Made by a program: the position numbers and the translations under genes | Notes under the pieces: generated by a model | The model's input: only the letters and a program-made list of their open reading frames with translations | Database searches by the model: none | What the model was told of the DNA's origin: nothing | Assembly: GCA_963816145.1 (NCBI GenBank) | Contig: CAWFJP010000018.1 | Coordinates: 192,001 to 256,000, forward strand | From: an uncultured delta proteobacterium | Lineage (GTDB): Bacteria > Desulfobacterota > Binatia > UBA9968 | Direction: 5' to 3' | Length of the DNA stretch: 64,000 nt | Part shown: piece by piece, positions 12,523 to 22,734 of the stretch | Layout: each line of letters begins with the position of its first letter | Position numbering within the stretch: the stretch's first letter is position 1

Positions 12523-13249
12523 TTACACAATGCCACCGCCGGCCTGTAAATTTTGCCCGGTTACCCAACGCGAAGCGTCACTGGCGAGAAAGGCGGAGAC
12601 ATCCGCGACGTCTTGCGGCGTGCCGACGCGATTGAAAGGCGACAGGCTCGCGCCGTAAGCGCGGTATTCGTGAGGCAGCATGTCGGTGTCGGTAAATCCC
12701 GGCGAGAGGATGTTTACCGTCACGTTGCGCGGACCGAGCTCGAGCGACAAGGATCGGGCGAATTGCTCGATCGCTCCTTTACTGCCGAGATAGAGTGCCA
12801 TGTTGGCAAAATGCATTTTTGTGCCGCCGCTTGAAACGACGACAATCCGCCCGCCCTCGCGCACCCGGCGAGCGGCTTCCTGCAATGTGAAGAACACCCC
12901 TTTTGTATTAATGTCGAAAATATAGTCGTAATCGGTCTCGGTGTTTTCGACCAGCGGTTTCGAGATATGGACACCGGCGTTGGCGACAACGATATCGAAA
13001 CCTCCCAGCGCTTGTTCGGACTCGCTGAACAAGCGCCGTATCTCGGCGGGCTTTGAAACGTCGGCCTGAATCGCAATGGCCCCCCTTTGCTATGATAGCG
13101 TTCACCACTTCCTCGGCGTGCCGTTTATCGCGCGCGTAATTGATCGCGACAGCGGCACCGTCGGCAGCAAGCCGCTGGACGATGGCTCGGCCGATCCCAC
13201 GCGAGCCGCCGGTGACCAGTGCAGTTCTTCCTTCAAGTGTAGACGCCAT
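12523..13249 (-). CDS. Short-chain dehydrogenase/reductase, frameshifted at a G-run near 13080
   Basis: TGGSRGIG in one frame; ANAG and YLGSK in another; AGGAGG RBS. Confidence 0.85.
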
Positions 13250-13326
13250 AAACCCTCCTGGTTAAAGATCTCTGGCTAACCGCTATAAACAGATCAGCGC
13301 AAAGTCAGCCATGGTTAACTTAAAGT

Positions 13327-13341
13327 ACAAACCATATGCCA
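13327..13341 (-). promoter_or_regulatory. Sigma54 promoter P2
   Basis: TGGCAT-ATGGT-TTGT (variant -12) upstream of the SDR gene. Confidence 0.65.
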
Positions 13342-13439
13342 AAAAATTGCGCTTACGCTCATAAAGAAAAAACCTTGCCGGATCAACAGGCTAGCCGGCG
13401 ATCGTTGGCCGGAGTGGCGATAAGATGACGAGATCTATG

Positions 13440-13473
13440 CGCCGACTTTCCGGCGCGCGCCGAAATAGCGGCG
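13440..13473. promoter_or_regulatory. Tandem upstream activator site for P2
   Basis: CGCCGActttCCGGCG-cg-CGCCGAaataGCGGCG, 99 bp upstream of the -24 box and abutting the activator stop codon. Confidence 0.65.
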
Positions 13474-15579
13474 TTAATTGGGGCGGGTAATACCGAGCTT
13501 TCTCATGCGTGATTGAAGCGTGGTTCGCTTCATGCCCAATCGAGACGCGGCCCCGGTCGGTCCGCCAATCACCCATTTGGTCTCGCCGAGGGCGCGAACA
13601 ATATGCTCGCGCTCCGCGTTCTCGAGGGTCGCGAAACCATTCGAAGGAGCCATGAATGGGCTGTTTGACCGCGATTTCAACTCGGACACGGCAATTTGCA
13701 AGTCTGAACCACGCGACAGAATCACCGCGCGTTCGATATAATTCTCCAGTTCTCGGACGTTGCCGGGCCAATGATAATCCGAGAGCGCTGTCATAGATTT
13801 CAGCGGTATCGTATCGATCGGCTTTTTCATACGCCGGGCGTATTTTTGCGCGAAGTAACGCACAAGGAGGGGAATATCGTCGCGCCGCTCGCGCAACGGT
13901 GGGATCGTCACTGGAAAAACATTAAGACGATAGTACAGGTCTCTACGAAACTGACCTTCCGCTACCTTCTGCATGAGGTCCACATTCGTCGCCGCCACAA
14001 GGCGAACATCGACGTGGAGGGTGCGGCCACTGCCCAAGCGCTCGAATTCCTGCTCCTGCAGAACCCGCAAAAGCTTGGGTTGCAACTCGAGAGGGATATC
14101 GCCGACCTCGTCAAGAAAGAGCGTGCCTCGATGGGCCAGTTCAAATCGGCCGACTCGCTGTGCAATGGCACCGGTGAAAGCGCCCTTTTCATGGCCGAAC
14201 AGCTCGCTTTCCAGAAGCCCGGTCGGAATAGCAGCGCAATTCACCTTAACCAACGTACGATCGCGGCGGCTGCTCAAATGATGAACCGCGCGAGCGATCA
14301 ACTCTTTCCCTGTACCGGTTTCTCCTTGAATCAGTATTGTCGAATCGGTCGGCGCGACCGTTTGGAGCTGATCCAGTATCGTTCTCAACGCCGGGCTGTC
14401 GCCAATAATTTCTTCGAAATTGTATTCGGTACGAATCTCATCTTGCAAATATAGCTTCTCTTCGCTCAGCTTATTAGCCCGATCGACGACCTGGCGAAAC
14501 GCCAGTGAGTTTTCCACGGCAATCGCGATCTGATTGGCGACATGCTGCAGTAGGCGCGCATCTTTCTCCGGAAGCGACTCGTCGGTCAGGCTCGCCACCA
14601 CCAGTGTACCCAACGGCCGGTCATGGGAAATCAAGGGTAGGCAGTAGGCTGACTTGAGGCCCTCGGCGAGTATGCGCTGCGCAATGTCGGAACCGAAGCG
14701 CTCGATGTCGCTGCGATTGATCAGAACCGGCTGGCGGGTTTGTATCGCGCGTCCCGTGGGGGAGCCTTCGACGGGTATGGTCAGTCCCTCCTGGAGCATC
14801 CCCTTGCTCACCGGAAAATCCAGCGCATGAATTTGCAACGTTTGTGATTCCGCATCGTAGAGCGACAAGCTGGCATACTCGTGCGGCACCAGGCGTCGTA
14901 ACGAATCGGAAACGGCCTTGAGCAACTCATGTAAATCGAGCACCGACACAACGGTATTATTGACTTCGAGTAAAAGACTTAAGCGATCCCGTTCCTCTTC
15001 GAGTTGCCGCTGTACCGACTGGGCTTCGGCAAAATTATGCGCGTTATCCACCGCCACGGCGACTTGCCGAGACACCTGCTGCAAAAAGATCACGTCAGCC
15101 TCGGCGTAGGCGGCTTCAACTCTGCTACCAAAAGCGAGCGCCCCCAATCTTCTTAACGCTGTCGTCACTGGCACGACGCAAAGCGACTGCACGCCGCGAT
15201 CGCTCAGCCAGCTCGACAGTTCCGGAAACTTGCTATCCTGAGCCAAACGGGAAACCACCCAGGGTTGCTGCGTCTGCCAAACCCAGCCGCCAGGAGTCTC
15301 CATCGGACATTCGCCGGGAAGACAGGTGTAAGCCGGATCCGGTGTCTCGAGAACATGAGATTTCAAAACCTTACGCTCGGTGTCGTAGAGAATCAGACTG
15401 GCAAAATCGAATTGGACGACGCGATGCAAACGTGGCGCGAGTTCGGTATAAAGCCGGCCTAGGTCGCGGTGCGAAGCGATCGCTTCGGATATCTCAAGAA
15501 GCGCTTGGTATTGGCTGTGTAATAGATCCATCTCTTGTCGCTCGAAATCGGCGTCCTTCACGGTAGAAAGACTATACAT
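13474..15579 (-). CDS. FhlA-like sigma54 enhancer-binding protein (GAF-GAF-AAA-HTH)
   Basis: Two GAF repeats; GETGTGKE, GAFTGA, WPGNVRELEN; C-terminal GAASRLGMKRTTL HTH. Confidence 0.93.
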   Translation of the reverse strand: MYSLSTVKDADFERQEMDLLHSQYQALLEISEAIASHRDLGRLYTELAPRLHRVVQFDFASLILYDTERKVLKSHVLETPDPAYTCLPGECPMETPGGWVWQTQQPWVVSRLAQDSKFPELSSWLSDRGVQSLCVVPVTTALRRLGALAFGSRVEAAYAEADVIFLQQVSRQVAVAVDNAHNFAEAQSVQRQLEEERDRLSLLLEVNNTVVSVLDLHELLKAVSDSLRRLVPHEYASLSLYDAESQTLQIHALDFPVSKGMLQEGLTIPVEGSPTGRAIQTRQPVLINRSDIERFGSDIAQRILAEGLKSAYCLPLISHDRPLGTLVVASLTDESLPEKDARLLQHVANQIAIAVENSLAFRQVVDRANKLSEEKLYLQDEIRTEYNFEEIIGDSPALRTILDQLQTVAPTDSTILIQGETGTGKELIARAVHHLSSRRDRTLVKVNCAAIPTGLLESELFGHEKGAFTGAIAQRVGRFELAHRGTLFLDEVGDIPLELQPKLLRVLQEQEFERLGSGRTLHVDVRLVAATNVDLMQKVAEGQFRRDLYYRLNVFPVTIPPLRERRDDIPLLVRYFAQKYARRMKKPIDTIPLKSMTALSDYHWPGNVRELENYIERAVILSRGSDLQIAVSELKSRSNSPFMAPSNGFATLENAEREHIVRALGETKWVIGGPTGAASRLGMKRTTLQSRMRKLGITRPN

Positions 15580-15703
15580 CGATGGCTATCCAATCAAGAC
15601 GGGAGCAGACCCCGCGAATCGAGCAAACCGGCAGCCGCCCCGATGTTGAGTGAAGCATTAAATTCAGCAATCAAAAACCCATTCCCGCTGCTATTTTCAC
15701 CCC

Positions 15704-15978
15704 TCACCCGAGCACGCCCTGGGCCTCGTGAACATAGCACCAGGTCCATGCGGCCGGCAGCACCGCGCGTATGACCGGATGTTGGGTTTGCTGACAGTGC
15801 TTGGTCGCGTGCTTGCCGGTCGACGAATCGCAACAGCCGACGTGACCGCAGCTTTGGCATTCGCGCAGCGCCACCCAAAACATGCCCTCAGCCAGACACT
15901 CTTCGCCAGCGTTTACGGTTTTTTGCGGCGGAAAATCTTCACTCGTGAGTCTGCTAAATGTTCACATAGGTCGGTCAT
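15704..15978 (-). pseudogene. UBP-type zinc-finger protein with a 1-nt deletion near 15950
   Basis: GGAGG RBS; MTDLCEHLA // EDFPPQKTVNAGEECLAEGMFWVALRECQSCGHVGCCDSSTGKHATKH...HPVI...WTWCYVH; 275 nt long. Confidence 0.75.
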
Positions 15979-16041
15979 CTGTCCTCCGTTTAAACGAGTA
16001 TCGTTTCGATTTCTCGGTTGCACGCTTGATGCTAAGCCGAT

Positions 16042-17421
16042 CTATTCCAGCGGTTTCATCTCCCCCAGCATGGTCGGAATCAGCTCGGACACGGTCGGGT
16101 GGATATGCATGGCGCGCTGGATCGTCGTATAAGGCGCTTTGGCGTACATCACATCCAGAATCGAATGAATCACCTCATCGCACTCGATTCCCAAGAGCGA
16201 TGCGCCAAGAATTTCTTTAGTCTCCGCGTCGACCAGGACTTTCATGAATCCCTGTGTTTCCCCCTTCTCCACCGCGCGGCCCACCCGCGTCATAGGACGT
16301 TTCCCGAGCAAAGCCTTTCGGCCGGATTTTCTCACTTCCGCCTCGGTCATGCCGGCGCGCCCCAAAGGCGGATCGATGTAGAGCGCGTATGCGGAGAATC
16401 GATCGCTCAGCCGGCGCGGGTCGCTGTCGAGGATATTGGCAGCGACGATTTCGTAATCGTTATACGCGGTATGAGTAAAAGCGCCGCGGCCATTGCAATC
16501 GCCCAGGGCATAGACGCCGGGCACATTCGTTCGCAGTTGGTCATCTACTTGGATGTAGCCGCGCTGATCTACGGTGACGCCGGTATTCTCCAAGCCGAGG
16601 TCGTCGGTATTGGGCACGCGGCCGACAGCTAGCAGCACATGAGTGCCACTGACTGCCTTATCGCCGGCGCTGCAATCGACATTGACAGCGACCTTGGCGT
16701 CACGTTTTTCCAAAGCGATGCATTCAGCGCCGGTTCGAATATTGACACCTTCGGCTTCAAGAATTGAACTGATGGCTTGGGAAACATCGGTATCTTCGCG
16801 TTGAATAAGGCGCGGCGCCATTTCGACGACGGTTACCGCACTGCCAAAACGGCGGTACATCTGGGCAAACTCCAAACCGATGTAGCTGCCGCCAATAACG
16901 ATCAAATGCTCCGGCACGAAATCAACATCCATCATGGTCGAGTTGTTGAAGTATCTCACCTGGTCGAGGCCGGGCAGCTTGGGAGTAGAGGCGCGGCCGC
17001 CGACGTTTATAAAAACTCTTTCTGCTTCGAGAAGGTCATTGCCGACACGGACTCGATGGGCATCGACAAAACGCCCGTGGCCTTCATAGACCGTCACAGT
17101 CTTAGTATTCTTCAGCCACTTCTCGATGCCCTCGTTGGAGCTTCGTACCACCGCATCCTTGCGCGCTTTGACTTTCTTCATGTCAACCGTGATTGGCTGA
17201 TCGATCATCACTCCATATTCACCGGCGCGGCGCGCGATCTGTGCCGCCCTCGCGCTGGCGATTAGCGTCTTGGTGGGAATACAACCAGTGTTGACGCAAG
17301 TACCGCCAAACCGTTTGCGTTCAATGATCGCCACTTTCATGCCCGCGCCGGCCAGCCGAACGGCAAGCGACGGCCCGGCCTGTCCGGTGCCAATGATGAT
17401 TGCGTCATAATGAGTTGCCAT
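16042..17421 (-). CDS. Pyridine nucleotide-disulfide oxidoreductase (RclA/YkgC-like; not MerA)
   Basis: GTGQAG, GGTCVNTGCIPTK, GGSYIGLE, HPTVSE; no C-terminal Cys pair. Confidence 0.9.
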   Translation of the reverse strand: MATHYDAIIIGTGQAGPSLAVRLAGAGMKVAIIERKRFGGTCVNTGCIPTKTLIASARAAQIARRAGEYGVMIDQPITVDMKKVKARKDAVVRSSNEGIEKWLKNTKTVTVYEGHGRFVDAHRVRVGNDLLEAERVFINVGGRASTPKLPGLDQVRYFNNSTMMDVDFVPEHLIVIGGSYIGLEFAQMYRRFGSAVTVVEMAPRLIQREDTDVSQAISSILEAEGVNIRTGAECIALEKRDAKVAVNVDCSAGDKAVSGTHVLLAVGRVPNTDDLGLENTGVTVDQRGYIQVDDQLRTNVPGVYALGDCNGRGAFTHTAYNDYEIVAANILDSDPRRLSDRFSAYALYIDPPLGRAGMTEAEVRKSGRKALLGKRPMTRVGRAVEKGETQGFMKVLVDAETKEILGASLLGIECDEVIHSILDVMYAKAPYTTIQRAMHIHPTVSELIPTMLGEMKPLE

Positions 17422-17481
17422 AAGATTGCCCCCCTCAAATGGTCAAACAGAAGCAATTTCTATAGGATACACCAAACCCTT

Positions 17482-17620
17482 CAGTCATCATCGACGGCCA
17501 ACACTCCCTCATCTCCGGGACTGACAATCGTTGGAGAAATCTCGGCCGTAGCTTGCTCGCTCAGCCAATGACCCGAGCCCTCCGCTACGGAATCTGTCAC
17601 CTTGTTGACAACTTCCGACT
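17482..17620 (-). pseudogene. Remnant C-terminus of an alpha/beta hydrolase
   Basis: Manual translation EVVNKVTDSVAEGSGHWLSEQAT resembles the catalytic-His segment GSGHWxxE. Confidence 0.35.
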
Positions 17621-17651
17621 GGAACGACGGGGATGAACATTCTGTTCAACG

Positions 17652-18113
17652 CTACAACCGCGAAACCACCCATAGGCTACCAGCGATCGTCACGACATCT
17701 TCCGCCAATGCGACGTAGAGGTCTCGAATGCCCAACGCTTGCACAAGTCCGGTGCGCACTCTGTAACCCAGGAAGCAGCCGGCCACACCGCCGACGGCGC
17801 CAAGGAGTACGCCGAGAAATATTTCTTGCGCTGCACCGGCGGCAACACAGGCGCCGGTCAACCCGCCCATCACGATGCGCGCGATCAGGCCGGGTGGCGC
17901 CGTGCGGCTCGGTGTCTGCGGCAGCTTGTCGGCCACCAGCTCGACGACGGCGAGCACAGTAAAAATCCCAACGGCGGGAAGCGAGCCGATGAGCGAGAGC
18001 GGGCGCTCTAGTTTCAGCCAACCCAAGTACACGGCCCACGCCGTCGCGGCCGGAGCCGTCAACGCGCGCAATCCGCCAAAGAATCCGATGAAAAAGGCCA
18101 GCAGTAGTGTCAT
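17652..18113 (-). CDS. DUF4126-like membrane protein
   Basis: GLRALTAPA, ELVADKLPQTPSR, ALAED motifs; multiple TM segments. Confidence 0.8.
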   Translation of the reverse strand: MTLLLAFFIGFFGGLRALTAPAATAWAVYLGWLKLERPLSLIGSLPAVGIFTVLAVVELVADKLPQTPSRTAPPGLIARIVMGGLTGACVAAGAAQEIFLGVLLGAVGGVAGCFLGYRVRTGLVQALGIRDLYVALAEDVVTIAGSLWVVSRL

Positions 18114-18153
18114 CGTGTTTTCCTGATCTTTAGATAGTGCGATTGGTTAGGCA

Positions 18154-18560
18154 TCACGTCTTTATCCAGCCGCCGCCCAATCCGGCAAGCAGTTCGTCGG
18201 TTGTTACGATCGCATGCGCGAAATTCGGCCCGTTTAGTTGCGGGGCGAAATCAGGATGCCACTCACCACCCCAGGAGCCTTTTGCGAAGGTCTGCCTTAC
18301 TGTAGGTCTCAATTGACAGGGGCTCGGATGATCCCAGTCCTCGAAGTCGCCGGGCTCCCACCGATGATGTGGGACGATGAAGATCTGAATCTTTGCCGCC
18401 CGTGCCGCCGCAACGACGCTGCTCAAATGCTTGAGCAGATTTTCTTCCACGGCGATGGCTTTGACCATGGACCAAAGCTTGCCGCCTTCGCTCAGGAAGC
18501 CATTGTAAGAATCGACAAGCAGCAGACCAGTTCGGTCGGCGGTATAGCCGGTCGTGGAAA
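18154..18560 (-). pseudogene. Isochorismatase/cysteine hydrolase with internal deletion and no clear start
   Basis: RTGLLLVDSYNGFLSEGGK...WHPDFAPQ joined directly to LNGPNFAHAIVTT; the catalytic Lys/Cys segment is absent. Confidence 0.7.
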
Positions 18561-18638
18561 TTATGTTGTTTGCCCCCCGTCGACTCTGCACCGAAGCTTA
18601 GCGAACATGCCGAGCCGCCGGATCGCTTGGATTCCATA

Positions 18639-19259
18639 CTACAATTCCTCATACAGCCATCGTTTCACCAGCCGTGTATAGTGCGGCATGATTACAAAGG
18701 TGAGCAATGCCGTGAGCGATGCCGCGATCGTAAATCCCTTGACGAGTTGATCATTCAGAGGCGGCGGCAACCGGCTAAACAGCGGACCGAGTACTAGGGG
18801 CAGAATCAAAGTCAACGGATAAACTGCGCTAAGGGTGAGGAGGAATTGTTTCCAACGCTTTGGTGGTTTTACGCCTTCGGGCGTGAACCAGAAGTCTATT
18901 CCGGTCCTGATCTCATGCTGATCGCCTTCTTCCAGCAGGTCGCGCACACTATTGATAAAAGTTCGGCGCACGCTCGATTCAGCCCATGCATTGAGATGTC
19001 CGTGGGAGTCAAAACGCACGATGGTCGTGTATTTATTGCCGCCATGGGCCGGACGAAAAATCTCCCTGCCAAGATAACCGGGGGAACTGCTAACCGCGCG
19101 TAGAATATCTCCAAGCCAAACTTCGTAGCGCTGCGCCTCTCCAGCCTTGATGACATGGGTAATAATGAATGCGACCGTTGCATTTTCGCCAACCGTGTTG
19201 CGGTCGGGCCCGTTCAGCGCGATAGCGTCGTTAGTTAGAGGATCCATATTCGTGACCAT
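18639..19259 (-). CDS. Antibiotic biosynthesis monooxygenase-domain membrane protein
   Basis: PGYLG...RFDS...AW ABM pattern, then PPKRWKQ and two TM helices. Confidence 0.85.
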   Translation of the reverse strand: MVTNMDPLTNDAIALNGPDRNTVGENATVAFIITHVIKAGEAQRYEVWLGDILRAVSSSPGYLGREIFRPAHGGNKYTTIVRFDSHGHLNAWAESSVRRTFINSVRDLLEEGDQHEIRTGIDFWFTPEGVKPPKRWKQFLLTLSAVYPLTLILPLVLGPLFSRLPPPLNDQLVKGFTIAASLTALLTFVIMPHYTRLVKRWLYEEL

Positions 19260-21116
19260 TCAAAATGCAAAACAATCACAGCCCGGACTCCAGAGTCCAG
19301 ATTCACCGATCAGCCATCGGTGCGCTTTAGCCCCGACAGGATCACGTGGCAACTCTCCTATCGAGTGAGAAGCATCCGCAGTCTCCCGAGGCGCTTGTTT
19401 TTCCGGCGATCGGTGATAGCCGCCAAATTGCTTTGCCGGCGACCATCCGGGACTAACCGGAAGCGGCGGCGGCGCTAGTTGGGAGAACTCCTTCGCCCCG
19501 TATACGATGTTACCGCCAACAATCGTCAGCATCGATTCAAGCTGTTTGATTTCTACTTCAGGAATGGAAAAATAATCCCCGGACAGCACGGCTAAATCGG
19601 CCCATTGGCCGGGCGCAATCGAGCCTTTCTTGCCTTCGTCGCTAGAGAACCAACTGCTGCCCACCGTATATAGCCGGAGCGCTTCCATGCGTTCGAGACG
19701 GTTGTTTTCCGGATAAAGCGCGGTCCCTCCGACGGTCTTGCCCGTGACGAGCCAATACAGTGCGACGAAAGGATTGTAACTCGCGACACGGGTTGCGTCG
19801 GTGCCGGCACCGACAGGAACGCCCAGATCCAACATCCGCCGAATCGGTGGCGTCCGCTCAGCTTGCTTGGCGCCGTAGCGGTCAACGAAATATTCGCCTT
19901 GATACGCCATCCGGTGCTGCACGGCGATGCCGCCGCCTAGCGCTTTGATTCTCTCGATGTTGCGGTCGGAAATTGTCTCGCAATGATCGAAAAACCAGTG
20001 CAAGCCCGCGAATGGAATATCTCGATTGACGTCTTCATAGACGTTGAGCGCGCGTGCGATGGTTTCGTCGTAGGTCGCGTGCAGACGGAACGGCCAACGG
20101 TTTTCGACGAGGTGGTGGATCACCGCTTTGAGCTCGGATTCCATCACGGGCGACATGTCTGGGCGGGGTTCGAGGAAGTCTTCGAAATCCGCCGCCGAAT
20201 AGACCAGCATCTCGCCGGCGCCGTTCACCCGGTAAAAATCGTCGCCAACGCCCGGCTTCGTCAACTGCGTCCATTGGCGAAAGTCCGCCAACTCCTCCTT
20301 CGGCTTCTGGGTGAAGAGATTGTAAGCCAACCGCAAGGTCATCTCGCCGCGTTTGTGCAGTTCATCGATGACCGCGTAGTCATCGGGATAATTCTGAAAG
20401 CCGCCACCGGCGTCGATGGCGCTGGTGACACCGAAGCGATTGAGCTCGCGCATGAAGTGGCGCGTCGAATTGATCTGATCTTCGCGCGCTAACTTTGGCC
20501 CCTTAGCGAGCGTAGAATACAAAATGCTCGCGTTCGGCCTGGCGATCAGCAACCCCGTCGGATTGCCTTGCTTGTCTCGCTGGATTTCACCGCCCACTGG
20601 CGCCGGCGTGTCTTTGGTATAGCCGACCGCGCGCAACGCCGCGCTGTTCAACAAGGCGCGGTCATACAAATGCAGAACGAAAACCGGTGTGTCGGGCGCA
20701 GCTCGATTGATCTCGTCCAAGGTCGGCATGCGCCGCTCGGCAAATTGAAACTCGGTCCAGCCGCCGACCACGCGCACCCACTGCGGCGGCGGCGTGCGCG
20801 CCGCTTGCTCCTTCAGCAAGCGCAGCGCATCCGCCAGGGACGGCACGCCGTCCCAGCGCAATTCCATGTTGTAGTTCAGCCCGCCGCGGATCGGATGCAT
20901 GTGGGAATCGTTAAGGCCTGGAATCACGGTCCGGCGGCCGAGATCGACCACCTCGGTCTTCGAGCCTCGTAGACCCATGATTTCCTGATCCGAGCCGGCA
21001 GCGAGAAATCGACCCCCGCCGATGGCAACGGCCTGTGCGAAAGCGCAAGCGGCGTCTACGGTGGCGATGCGACCGTTGGTCAATATCAAATCCGCCTCGA
21101 CATGCTTTTCAGCCAT
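19260..21116 (-). CDS. Amidohydrolase 3 (YtcJ/NfdA-like)
   Basis: IPGLNDSHMH, LHATY, DHCE, AGTDATRV; C-terminal GCDCFAF. Confidence 0.92.
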   Translation of the reverse strand: MAEKHVEADLILTNGRIATVDAACAFAQAVAIGGGRFLAAGSDQEIMGLRGSKTEVVDLGRRTVIPGLNDSHMHPIRGGLNYNMELRWDGVPSLADALRLLKEQAARTPPPQWVRVVGGWTEFQFAERRMPTLDEINRAAPDTPVFVLHLYDRALLNSAALRAVGYTKDTPAPVGGEIQRDKQGNPTGLLIARPNASILYSTLAKGPKLAREDQINSTRHFMRELNRFGVTSAIDAGGGFQNYPDDYAVIDELHKRGEMTLRLAYNLFTQKPKEELADFRQWTQLTKPGVGDDFYRVNGAGEMLVYSAADFEDFLEPRPDMSPVMESELKAVIHHLVENRWPFRLHATYDETIARALNVYEDVNRDIPFAGLHWFFDHCETISDRNIERIKALGGGIAVQHRMAYQGEYFVDRYGAKQAERTPPIRRMLDLGVPVGAGTDATRVASYNPFVALYWLVTGKTVGGTALYPENNRLERMEALRLYTVGSSWFSSDEGKKGSIAPGQWADLAVLSGDYFSIPEVEIKQLESMLTIVGGNIVYGAKEFSQLAPPPLPVSPGWSPAKQFGGYHRSPEKQAPRETADASHSIGELPRDPVGAKAHRWLIGESGLWSPGCDCFAF

Positions 21117-21155
21117 AGTGGATCCTCCGCATCGAAACAGCGGATGCTTACGGAA

Positions 21156-21875
21156 TTACTTATGCGCGGGCGCCGGCACGACGTATTCGGGAAATTTCGT
21201 CGGCGCTGCACCGTGCACCATTGTATAGGCATACTCCACGCCGACTCCGTAGGCGCCGCAATGATTTTTCACGATGTCCATGATCGCATCGTAGGTATCT
21301 TTCAAAGCCCAGTCGCGCTGCCACTCGAGCATCACCGAGAGCGCAGTCACGGGTTTGGCGCCGGCTTGAATCACGCGTTTCATCGCGTTGTCGTGCGAAA
21401 GCTGACTTACGTCGCCGCAGCAATCTTCGACGACATAAATTTCATAACCGTCGTGGATTGCCTGGATCGTCGGCAACGCCACGCAGGTCTCGGTCCACAG
21501 GCCGGACAGAACAATCTTCTTCTTGCCGCTCCTTTCTATTGCCGCGACGAAGTTCGCGTCGTCCCAAGAATTCATCGAGGAACGCTCGATGGGCGATTGA
21601 TTCGGAAATATAGCCTGGATCTGCGGCCACATATTGCCGCTGAAGCTCTTGGTCTCGACCGTGCTGAGGACGACCGGAACGTCGAACACCTTTGCGGCTT
21701 TCAACAGCGCGACGTTATTGTTGATGATCGCCTGGCGATCGAAGTTGGCGACGCCAAACAACATCTGCGGTTGCAGATCGATAATCGCGACGACACAGTT
21801 GTCCGGCGTCAGCAGACCTTTCTCGCTGCGCTTCGCACGATCATTATTTTGAGCCATGATTTTCTCCTCCGTCAA
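21156..21875 (-). CDS. YcaC-like hydrolase (isochorismatase family)
   Basis: IDLQPQM, ERSSMNSW, GLWTETCV, LEWQRDW; start TTG 21875 or ATG 21857. Confidence 0.9.
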   Translation of the reverse strand: MTEEKIMAQNNDRAKRSEKGLLTPDNCVVAIIDLQPQMLFGVANFDRQAIINNNVALLKAAKVFDVPVVLSTVETKSFSGNMWPQIQAIFPNQSPIERSSMNSWDDANFVAAIERSGKKKIVLSGLWTETCVALPTIQAIHDGYEIYVVEDCCGDVSQLSHDNAMKRVIQAGAKPVTALSVMLEWQRDWALKDTYDAIMDIVKNHCGAYGVGVEYAYTMVHGAAPTKFPEYVVPAPAHK

Positions 21876-21974
21876 ATTAGATAACGCTATTAAAATCGCA
21901 GATTTTGAATCATCTTTGCTGCTGGTACATTCTTCGAAAATGCTCCATCTTCGAAGCTTGGCCTGAGCAATCGT

Positions 21975-22376
21975 TCAGCCTTTCGATAACGCGTGCGCCA
22001 GCAGCGCGGTGTCGGTGAAAGCACGCATTCGTTGGAGATAGCCCTCGCGAACTGTCCAGACATGGGCAAAAGGCACATCGACGGGCACACCGCCTTTTCG
22101 TGTCTTTCCCTGGATGCGACCGAGCGCGACGACCTCGTCGTCCTGGGCGATGAATTCTTCGGCGACGAAATGAACGTCGAGAGCTTTATAGAAGCTGCTG
22201 AGAAAGCGCTCGAGCACGTCTTGAAGACCGACGAAATGGCCGCAGCCAACGGGCATGCCTTCCGGCATGTCGTAGACGACGTGCGGTGCCTGGAGCCCGC
22301 GCAGCGACTCCCGGTGGCCGGGGACTGTAGCTTCGTAGAAGGCGCGAACGCGCTTGGTGTTTTCTTCTTCAATCAT
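21975..22376 (-). CDS. SnoaL/NTF2-like protein
   Basis: GGAG RBS before ATG 22376; VVALGR...PFAHVWTVREG...FTDT. Confidence 0.85.
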   Translation of the reverse strand: MIEEENTKRVRAFYEATVPGHRESLRGLQAPHVVYDMPEGMPVGCGHFVGLQDVLERFLSSFYKALDVHFVAEEFIAQDDEVVALGRIQGKTRKGGVPVDVPFAHVWTVREGYLQRMRAFTDTALLAHALSKG

Positions 22377-22456
22377 GTTTTCTTGCTCCGTTCCGATAGG
22401 TGTCGTCTCTTGCTCACGTCGAATTTCGCCGCCGTCGCCGGCAAACGTTTCTTGAT

Positions 22457-22729
22457 TCAATATTCCGCAACGGCATCGTCGGGATAACAGTACAACCAAC
22501 GTTCCCCTGGCTCCGCCGATGCGATCACCGGGTGTTTGCTGGCACGCGCGTGCTTGGTCGCGTGGCGATTGGGAGAATCGTCGCAACAATGGGTGGCGCC
22601 GCATTCTTGACAGATGCGCAGATGAACCCAATCCGCGCCGATTTTCACACATTCATCGCACTGACGATGTTTGGCGTGTTTGACGGTCGCGACAGCCTCG
22701 ATATGCGCGCAGGTTGCCTCAGCCATCAT
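22457..22729 (-). CDS. UBP-type zinc-finger protein
   Basis: AGGAGG RBS; CAH...CDEC...WVHLRICQECG..HCCDDSPNRHATKH...WLYCY. Confidence 0.88.
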   Translation of the reverse strand: MMAEATCAHIEAVATVKHAKHRQCDECVKIGADWVHLRICQECGATHCCDDSPNRHATKHARASKHPVIASAEPGERWLYCYPDDAVAEY

Positions 22730-22734
22730 CAATT

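Noticed and set aside
13474-15579. True fhlA / formate hydrogenlyase locus
   Set aside because: Architecture matches, but no hyc/hyf/fdh genes are in the window, so the symbol is withheld
16042-17421. Mercuric reductase MerA
   Set aside because: No C-terminal Cys-Cys, no NmerA domain and no mer genes nearby
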